A DNA stretch of 64,000 nucleotides from positions 4,301,560 through 4,365,559 of the forward strand of contig CAVWUH010000002.1 in NCBI GenBank assembly GCA_963758195.1. The letters run 5' to 3'. The first letter of the stretch is position 1. The number at the start of each line of letters is the position of its first letter. The stretch is from an uncultured Acidobacteriota bacterium (GTDB lineage: Bacteria > Acidobacteriota > Thermoanaerobaculia > Gp7-AA8). The notes under the pieces are model-generated. The model searched no databases, was not told where the DNA came from, and saw only the letters and a program-made list of their open reading frames with translations. Positions 57,101 through 64,000 of this stretch are shown here, piece after piece. The position numbers and the translations under genes are program-made.

Positions 57101-60100
57101 GACCTACACCGCTGCTCCGAACGCCAATGGCTCGGCGACGGTCACGGTCTACCTGCAGGACGACGGTGGGACGGCGAACGGTGGCAGTGACACGTCCACT
57201 ACGTATACGTTCACGATCACGATTGTCGCCGTCAACGACGCGCCGTCCTTCACGGGCGGTGGCGACGTCACGGTGCTCGAAGACTCGGGTTCGTACTCCG
57301 CGAACTGGGCCACGGGCATCAGCGCCGGTCCGGCCGACGAGTCGGGCCAGACGCTGACGTTCAACGTCGTCTCGAACAGCAATCCATCGCTCTTCGCCAG
57401 CGGTCCGTCGATCTCGGCGGGCGGAGTGTTGAGCTTCGCACCGGTCGCGAATGCGTTCGGCAGCGCTACGATCACGATCAATCTTCAGGACAATGGCGGC
57501 ACCGCCGGCGGCGGCGCCGACACGTCCGCGAGCTATGTCTTCACCATCAACGTCACGCCGGTCAACGACGCTCCGTCGTTCACGCCGGGCGGCGACGTGA
57601 CCGTCAACGAAGACGGCGGTCCGTACTCCGCGTCATGGGCCACGGGCATCTCCGCCGGGCCGGCGAACGAGTCTGGCCAGTCGGTGACGTTCCTCGTCGT
57701 CGAACAACAACAACGCACTCTTCAGCGTGCAGCCTTCGATCTCGCCGGCGGGCATCCTGACCTTCACCTCCGCGCCGAACGCATTCGGCTCCGCGATCGT
57801 CACCGTCTCGCTGCAAGACAACGGTGGCGTGGCCAATGGCGGCGTCAATACTTCGGCGTCGGTCCAGTTCACGATCACGGTCAACGCCGTGAACGATGCG
57901 CCGACCGCGGTCACGGATACGTGGGCCACGCTCGGCAACACCGAGCTGCGCGTCGATCTCGCCGGCGGTCTCACGCCGAAGATCGCCGACACCACGCCTT
58001 CGGGCAACGGCGTGCGCGACAACGACAGCGATCCCGAAGGCGATCCGAGCGTCGTGACCGGCATCGTCGGCTGCTCCGATTCGACCGCACCATTCGACTG
58101 CACCCTCGGCGACGGTTCGAAGCTGTCGATGCAAGCCAACGGCTCCTTCACCTACACCCCGGGTCCGGGCAACACCAGCGGATCGTTCCAGTACACGGTC
58201 ACCGACATTCCGGCGTTTGGTGCACCCGCGAGCGCCACCGGCACCGTGAACATCACCATTGTCGACATGATCTGGTACGTGAACGGCTCGGCCGCCGCGG
58301 GCGGCAACGGCACGTCGATCGCGCCGTTCAATTCATTCGCATCGCTCAACGGTCCGGGAGGATCGGGCGACGTCGATGCAGCAGGAAGCACGATCTTCGT
58401 CCATGACTCGAACGTCATTGGCGGAATCGGTCTCGAAACGAATCAGAAGCTGTGGGGCGAGGGCGTCGGCCTGAGCACCACGGCCAATCTCAACGGCAAC
58501 GGCTCGCCCCAGGTTCTCGTCGCGCCGGGTGTCCGTGCTCGCATCTTCGGCGGTGCAGGTGACGCGGTCTCCGTCGTCGGTGTGACCGGTGTCGATGTCG
58601 CCGGTCTCGATCTGAACAGCACGGGATCGAACGGCGTCGATGTCACCAGCAATCCCTTCGGACCGGCAACGGGAGTTTCGATTCACGAAAACGTGGTGAC
58701 CGGCGCGGCGCTCGAAGGAATCGACGTCAATGCCGGCAGCACCTCGGGCACGACGGTTCTGGTCAACAACACCTCGATCACCTCAGCCGGCAATGGTTTC
58801 GACGTCAGTTCCATCGGTCCGGCAGTCATTTCCTACACGAACGGCACGATTCTCTCCGGTGGCGGAAGCGGCATTCGGATGTCGGGAAGTGGTAACCTGA
58901 CGGTGTCTGGTCTAAGTAACGTGACAGTTGACGGCAGTACCGCCTCGGACGGCGTCAATATTGCGAGCGCGACATTCGACGCGGTCGCGGGCGGAGCGTT
59001 CAATACGGTCAACGGTGGCGCGATCAACGTCGGTACGAGTGGCAACCCCGTGGGCGGCGCCGCATTCGTGCTCTCCTCCGTCAGCGGAGATCTTGCAATC
59101 ACGTCGCTCAACGCATTCGCCGGCAGCGGCCAGGGTGTGTCCGTCGACGGTTCCGGTCTCTTCACCGGGTCCGCCGGTATGCGTATCGCGGTCGGGGGCG
59201 GCTCGATCAGCGCTCCGTCGGCGCGCGGTCTCAACGTTTCGAACGCGACGATCGCAAGCACCGGCATCACTTTCACACGCATCGTCTCGGCTGGCGCGCT
59301 CAACGGAATCGTGTTGAACAACACCGGCACGTCGGGCGGCCTCACCGTCAGCGGTACGGGCGCCGCGAGCTCGGGCGGGTCGGTGACGAACGCCACGGGC
59401 GACGCGATCCTGCTCTCTTCGACGAAGAGCGTGACGCTGACGGACTTCGACGTGACCAACAGTGCGCAGAGCCATATCGACGCCACGAACGTCGACGGTC
59501 TCACGTTGACGCGCGTCCACACGGATCTCTCCACGGATCACGGCATCCTCGGCTCGACGGTCCGCAACCTCGTCATCACCGGCGGCCTGTACGATCGCGG
59601 CGGCGCCGGCTCGGCGGGGTCGGGCGTGCACGGCGTGTTCATCACCAATCTCCTCGGCAACTCCAGTGTCAGCGGCGCAACGTTCCGCCGCTCGAACACC
59701 ATTCAGTTCCGCGTCCTCAACACGACGGCCACCGCGGCGGCGCCGGGTGCGCCGGACGTGCTGACCATCAGCGGCTCGACGTTCGACACGCACACCAGTC
59801 CCTTCGCGGGCGATCACCTCTCCGTGGGCTCGACCGGCGGCGGAAACCTCCGCCTGGCCACGAACGGCGGCGCCGGCATCAACACCTTCACCGGCGGTGG
59901 CAACGGCATCCAGGGCACGTCGGATTCGGGCGCCACTCTCGATCTCTCGCTCACCGGCGTTCTCGCGGCCGCGAACACGACCGGCATCAACATGGCCGCC
60001 ACCACGGCCGGCAACCTGACGTTCGCCCTGTTCGACAACGCCACCGCTAACGGCACGGGCATCAACAACAGCGCCACGATCGGGATCAACGTCGTCAGCC

Positions 60101-60615
60101 TCACCGGCGGCGTGATGAGCGGGACGATCTCGAACAACAGCGTCGCCAACGCGGGGTCCACGGGCATCCAGACCATCCTCGAAGGAAACGGCTCCATCGT
60201 CGTCGCCGTGACGAACAACTCCGTGACCGGGGTGTTCAACACGTTCGGCATCCGCGGCCAGTCGCGTCTCGGCACCGGCCTGCTCTCGGCGAACATCACC
60301 GGCAACACCGTCACCGGCACGAACCCATCGGCGATCACCGGCATCAGCATCGAGTCGGGCGCCAGCGGCTCCGGCCACGCCAATACCGTCTGCCTCAATC
60401 TCGCGGGGAACACCAGTGCGCTTTCCGCGGGTGAAGGCTATCGCCTGCGCCAGCGCGCCGGCACCACGTTCAACCTGCAGAACTTCGCGGGAAGCGGTAC
60501 CTCAGCGACCGACGTCTCGAACTGGATCACGGTTACCAAGGGGAACATCGGCACGACTAACGTAATCATTGCCTCGTCGTTCAGTGCGGCGGCTGGTGCA
60601 TGCCAGGCGCCGTAG
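54146..60615 (+). CDS. Second giant secreted protein (~2150 aa; two apparent frameshifts near 56495 and 57695): beta-helix N-terminal region, cadherin-like/tandem-95-type VNDAPxF repeats, beta-helix region, C-terminal module paralogous to the first giant protein
   Basis: GGAGGG SD. MRSLSVRLLLSILTLCVTPAVLA|HD is the signal. About 7 units of the form VND(A/P/E)P(S/T/C)F..G.......EDSG........WAT.ISAGP.NES.Q...F.V...NN.LF...P.....G.L.FTP.....G.A...V...DNGG.ANGG.D.S. The frames join as VTVYLH|DNGGVANGG and VTFLVV|NNNNALFSVQPS. Confidence 0.8.
55918..57890 (+). repeat. About 7 tandem ~306-nt coding repeats (VNDAPxF cadherin-like units)
   Basis: The motif set above recurs with a period of about 102 codons. 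Confidence 0.75.
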
Positions 60616-60713
60616 CGACGCGAGAGAAGTCGACGGACCTGTAGTTTGAAAAACGCGACATCTCGTCCGGACCGGAGTGGGTCCGGACAGGATGCGCAAG
60701 GAGGCGAAGAGAA

Positions 60714-61232
60714 ATGGCTGAACCTTTCCTTTCAGAGATCCGCATCATGAGTTTCGTATTCGCGCCCAAAGGCTGGGCGTTGGCCAACGGCCAGCTATTG
60801 CCGATCAACCAGAACCAGGCGCTGTTCTCCCTGCTCGGCACCACCTTCGGCGGCGACGGGCGCGTGAACTTCGCGTTGCCCGATATCCGCGGGCGCGCGC
60901 CGATTCACGTCGGCTCGGGACACACGCTCGGCGAGCGCGGCGGCGAGCAGGCCCACACGCTCTCCATCGCCGAGATCCCGACGCACACCCATGTGCTCAG
61001 TGGCAACTCGGCAAACGCGTCGGCCGTCGATCCGACCAGCAACGTCGTCGCGAAAGGCGCCGCCACGAACGGCAACCCGATCAACGCGTATGGCGCCGCA
61101 TCGCAGTTGTCGGCCATGTCCGCCGCGTCCGTGACCAACACCGGTGGCAGCCAGGCTCACCTCAACATGCAGCCCTTTCTGATCCTTTCGTTCTGTATCG
61201 CACTGCAGGGGATCTTCCCCAGCGCGACCTAG
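60714..61232 (+). CDS. Phage tail collar domain (MdpB/COG4675-like) protein, paralog 1
   Basis: MAEPFLSEIRIMSFVFAPKGWALANGQLLPINQNQALFSLLGTTFGGDGRVNFALPDIRGRAPIHVG...GGSQAHLNMQPFLILSFCIALQGIFPS. AAGGAGG SD. Confidence 0.9.
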   Translation: MAEPFLSEIRIMSFVFAPKGWALANGQLLPINQNQALFSLLGTTFGGDGRVNFALPDIRGRAPIHVGSGHTLGERGGEQAHTLSIAEIPTHTHVLSGNSANASAVDPTSNVVAKGAATNGNPINAYGAASQLSAMSAASVTNTGGSQAHLNMQPFLILSFCIALQGIFPSAT

Positions 61233-61244
61233 GAGATTGACGCA

Positions 61245-61748
61245 ATGGCACAACCTTACGTTGGTGAGATCCGGATGTTCGCGGGGAACTTCGCGCCCGC
61301 GGGCTGGATGTTTTGCGAAGGACAGCTTCTGCCGATCTCTGAGAACGAGACGCTCTTTCAGTTGATCGGCACCACCTACGGCGGCGACGGCCAATCCACC
61401 TTCGCCCTCCCTGACCTCCGCGGACGCATTCCCCTTCATCAGGGGAACGGGTTCATTCTCGCCGAGACCGGCGGCGCCGAGGAGATCACGCTCACGGTCA
61501 ACCAGATCCCCGCTCACTCGCATCCTCTGCTGGCAAGCCTCGCACCGGCCATCGATCCGAACCCGGCCAACAACGTCTCCGCGACCACGACCCAGATGGA
61601 AATCTACTTCGCGGACGTCCCCGATACGACGATGGCGCCGCAGAGCATCGGTAGTGTCGGCGGAAGCCAGCCCCATACGAACTTCCAGCCCTATCTCTGC
61701 GTGGATTTCATCATCTCGCTGTTCGGTATCTTCCCCTCTCCGACATAG
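61245..61748 (+). CDS. Phage tail collar domain protein, paralog 2
   Basis: MAQPYVGEIRMFAGNFAPAGWMFCEGQLLPISENETLFQLIGTTYGGDGQSTFALPDLRGRIPLHQG...GGSQPHTNFQPYLCVDFIISLFGIFPS. Confidence 0.9.
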   Translation: MAQPYVGEIRMFAGNFAPAGWMFCEGQLLPISENETLFQLIGTTYGGDGQSTFALPDLRGRIPLHQGNGFILAETGGAEEITLTVNQIPAHSHPLLASLAPAIDPNPANNVSATTTQMEIYFADVPDTTMAPQSIGSVGGSQPHTNFQPYLCVDFIISLFGIFPSPT

Positions 61749-61801
61749 GAGACGGTCGGTCCCCAGCGCTTTTGAAATCAGACGAGTAACAGGAGAAGAC
61801 T

Positions 61802-62323
61802 ATGGCCGATCCGTTCGTTGCAGAAATTCGAATCTTCCCATTCAACTTTGCTCCCAAGGGATGGGCTTGGTGCGACGGTCAGTTGCTGCCCCTCTCGCAA
61901 AACACCGCCCTCTTTTCGCTGCTCGGCACCACCTACGGCGGCGACGGCAAATCCAACTTCGCTCTTCCCGACCTGCAGGGCCGCGCGCCGATGCATCCGG
62001 GCCAGGGCCCAGGGCTTTCGCTGCATGATCTCGGCGAAACGGGTGGTTCCGAGACGGTGACGCTGCTCGAGAGCGAGATCCCGTCGCACTCGCATGGCCT
62101 GAAAGCCTACAAGAGCGATCCCTCGGACCGCTTCACGCCGACCGGCGCCCTGTTCGGCCGCTCGAACAACGGCAACTTCTATGGCACCGCCGCCAACCTC
62201 GTGATGCTGAACGGAAATGCGCTCGCTCCCGCGGGCGGCGACCAACCCCACAACAACCTGCAGCCTTACCTCACGTTTTACTTCTGCATTGCCTTACAAG
62301 GGGTCTTCCCGCCTCGGACTTGA
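61802..62323 (+). CDS. Phage tail collar domain protein, paralog 3
   Basis: MADPFVAEIRIFPFNFAPKGWAWCDGQLLPLSQNTALFSLLGTTYGGDGKSNFALPDLQGRAPMHPG...GGDQPHNNLQPYLTFYFCIALQGVFP. Confidence 0.9.
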   Translation: MADPFVAEIRIFPFNFAPKGWAWCDGQLLPLSQNTALFSLLGTTYGGDGKSNFALPDLQGRAPMHPGQGPGLSLHDLGETGGSETVTLLESEIPSHSHGLKAYKSDPSDRFTPTGALFGRSNNGNFYGTAANLVMLNGNALAPAGGDQPHNNLQPYLTFYFCIALQGVFPPRT

Positions 62324-62374
62324 GGATTTGGGATTAGCATGCAGGCCGAGTGAGAGAGAGATCAAGGAGAGCGT

Positions 62375-63103
62375 ATGAACACCAACGAGCACAAGATCGG
62401 GCGTCGCGAGTTTCTGCTCGTGTCATCGACCTGTGCGCTGGCGGCTGCGGCTGTGGGGCCAAAGCTGTTCGGCGGAGAGGCGGTTTCATCTCCGAAGCGG
62501 CTCGCGGTCGGGTTCGCGTCGCTCGATGACAGTGCCCCTTTGATGGCCGCGTCCGGCATTCCTGCCGGCGACGGCGCATTCATCGGACACGGCGCGCGCA
62601 TTACGGTTTCGGGCGCGAGCGGAGCGTCCGCCGAGCCGCGCGAGCGGCGGGGCGTGGAGTTGCTCACGCACTATTCGTATTTCGAAGGTGCGGAGCGTCG
62701 CGATGCGCCTTTCCGCGCCTGGGGCTGCAGCCGCAAGACGGGCTGCCAGGGCAACGCCGTCAGTTTCAACGTGCCCGTGGACGTGGAGCAGCGCATTCGT
62801 TTCACCGTCGGCGTGGAAGCCGGTGCGGTGAAGTCGGGCGGACCGACGACGCGTCGCATCACCGTCGACGCGGCCACGGAATCGGAATCGCTTCCGGTGG
62901 TTCTGTCGTTGCTCAGCGACCCTGATTCGCTCAAGCTCGTTCGCGGTTTCTATGTCATCGTGCCGTTGTTCGAGAACGACGGCCAGCCGCGCTGGTCGGA
63001 CTGGCATCTCGCTCGCGTCGAAGGACGCATGTCCCTCGTCAACGGGAACGGTGACGTCGCGCCGTTCGAACATTTCGTGCTGCGCGTCGATTACGCATCG
63101 TGA
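62375..63103 (+). CDS. Hypothetical protein with a twin-arginine (Tat) signal
   Basis: MNTNEHKIGRREFLLVSSTCALAAAAVGP (RREFL Tat motif plus h-region). AAGGAGAG SD. No family recognised. Confidence 0.6.
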   Translation: MNTNEHKIGRREFLLVSSTCALAAAAVGPKLFGGEAVSSPKRLAVGFASLDDSAPLMAASGIPAGDGAFIGHGARITVSGASGASAEPRERRGVELLTHYSYFEGAERRDAPFRAWGCSRKTGCQGNAVSFNVPVDVEQRIRFTVGVEAGAVKSGGPTTRRITVDAATESESLPVVLSLLSDPDSLKLVRGFYVIVPLFENDGQPRWSDWHLARVEGRMSLVNGNGDVAPFEHFVLRVDYAS

Positions 63104-63603
63104 ATTCGGTTCCCTCGGGTGATCGCGCCGCTGCCGGCGCGGTCACCCTTCGTCCCGCCACCGACGCCGATTACGCCTTCATGCGCGAGCTCTACGGCGA
63201 CACGCGCGCCGAGGAGATGCTGCACTTCCCCTTCGACGACGAGAGGAAGAAGGCTTTTCTCGATCAGCAGTTCGCCGCTCAGTTCGAGCACTACGGCGTT
63301 CACTACCCGACGTGCGAGCGCAACATCATCGAAAAAGACGGTCGTCCGATCGGCCGTCTCTGGATCGACGAATGGCGCGATCAGATCCGTCTCGTCGACA
63401 TCGCCCTGATGTCCGAGTGGCGAGCGTCGGGTATCGGCACGGACCTGCTGCGCGGGGTGCTCGCACGCGGCGCCGCGTCTGGCAAGCCCGTGACCATCCA
63501 CGTCGAAGGATTCAACCCCGCGCTCCACCTCTACCAGAGACTCGGATTCGAGCACGTCGACACGAATGGCGTGTACTACCTGATGCGCTGGTCGCCGGTC
63601 TAG
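63100..63603 (+). CDS. GNAT family N-acetyltransferase
   Basis: GTGA overlap with the upstream stop. IRLVDIALMSEWRASGIGTDLLRGVL...LHLYQRLGFEHV is the acetyl-CoA binding motif A region. Confidence 0.8.
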   Translation: MNSVPSGDRAAAGAVTLRPATDADYAFMRELYGDTRAEEMLHFPFDDERKKAFLDQQFAAQFEHYGVHYPTCERNIIEKDGRPIGRLWIDEWRDQIRLVDIALMSEWRASGIGTDLLRGVLARGAASGKPVTIHVEGFNPALHLYQRLGFEHVDTNGVYYLMRWSPV

Positions 63604-63628
63604 CGAAGGGCATCAGCGCGCGATCGCG

Positions 63629-63928
63629 CTACGTGAAGACCGCTTCGTAGAGATAGACGTCCGGCTCTTTTCCCACCGGGACCAGGAAGATCTCCATCGG
63701 CTCCGCGAACGTTTCGTGTTGGACGCGATAAGTTTTCTGCTCGAGATAGATCGAGGGCGGCCCGACGAAGAAGAGGGAAAACGGAGTTCGCTTCACGCGC
63801 GCGGCCTCGCTTTCCATCACCCGTGCCGCTTTCTCGAGACGCATCTCTACCTTGTGGCCCGGGGTGTGGACCCAGAAACTGCTGCCGACGAGCGGTTCGA
63901 ACGTTTCAATGGTGACCTGATCGAGCAT
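63629..63928 (-). CDS. Small conserved-looking hypothetical protein (99 aa), convergent
   Basis: MLDQVTIETFEPLVGSSFWVHTPGHKVEMRLEKAARV...FSLFFVGPPSIYLEQKTYRVQHETFAEPMEIFLVPVG. Family not firmly recognised. Confidence 0.45.
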   Translation of the reverse strand: MLDQVTIETFEPLVGSSFWVHTPGHKVEMRLEKAARVMESEAARVKRTPFSLFFVGPPSIYLEQKTYRVQHETFAEPMEIFLVPVGKEPDVYLYEAVFT

Positions 63929-64000
63929 CGGATCTTTTTAGCACAATTGGCGCCTATCCGTGGTCGCCTGGAAAGATCGACGAGCGCGCAGGCCGCGTCG

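Noticed and set aside
60714-62323. The tail-collar genes as evidence of a prophage or tailocin.
   Set aside because: No capsid, portal, terminase, sheath, tube, baseplate, lysis or integrase genes occur in the 20 kb upstream or the remaining downstream sequence. The flanks are cellular-type secreted proteins, a GNAT and a Tat protein.

Overview
High-GC (roughly two-thirds G+C by eye) bacterial chromosomal fragment. Gene content and style suggest a soil Acidobacteriota-like organism, which is inference only.

Left third: the 3' part of the conserved infB / DUF503 / rbfA ... truB ... rpsO / pnp translation and RNA-decay cluster. It is interspersed with orn, a two-gene secreted cassette (Cys-rich peptide plus a 750-aa protein), a YfcH-like epimerase, a TetR regulator and a large polytopic membrane protein.

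Middle: an ArsR/SRPBCC pair, an AlkD-like repair protein, a DUF2029-like membrane protein, a Gfo/Idh/MocA oxidoreductase, a phosphomannomutase and a class-A-like serine hydrolase. Then VapBC, a second (frameshifted) nucleotidyltransferase-type TA-like pair and a fused E1 alpha/beta 2-oxoacid dehydrogenase. Then a selenocysteine formate dehydrogenase operon (fdhD; fdhA, 4Fe-4S and NrfD-like subunits), RDD, TPR and RidA proteins, an M10 metalloprotease, an XRE-cupin regulator, a DUF1569 protein, a PAS-GGDEF-EAL protein and an AbiEii-like pseudogene remnant.

Right third (43.4-63.9 kb) is the most unusual part. It holds two giant Sec-signal proteins (about 3510 aa and about 2150 aa) built from Ig-like/cadherin-like tandem repeats plus parallel beta-helix regions, sharing a roughly 450-aa C-terminal module. 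They are followed by three tandem phage-tail-collar (MdpB-like) paralogs, a Tat-signal protein translationally coupled to a GNAT, and a convergent small protein. No other phage genes or known secretion/sorting genes are in the window.

Non-coding structure is rich:
- a family of intergenic hairpins whose arms are short tandem 7-8-nt repeats
- a GTTCACGCGGAGAC palindromic repeat in three copies
- a triple-hairpin element inserted in frame in a membrane protein
- a roughly 80-nt structured repeat in two copies
- 18-nt direct repeats flanking the secreted cassette
- many TACAAT-N6-9-start (leaderless-type) gene starts

Apparent single-nucleotide frameshifts are strongly clustered in infB and pnp and are sparser in fdhA and a few other genes. 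They look like assembly or polishing errors rather than biology. No rRNA, tRNA, CRISPR, transposase or integrase was recognised.

Coordinates I derived by hand, rather than from ORF-track ends, may be off by 1-2 nt.
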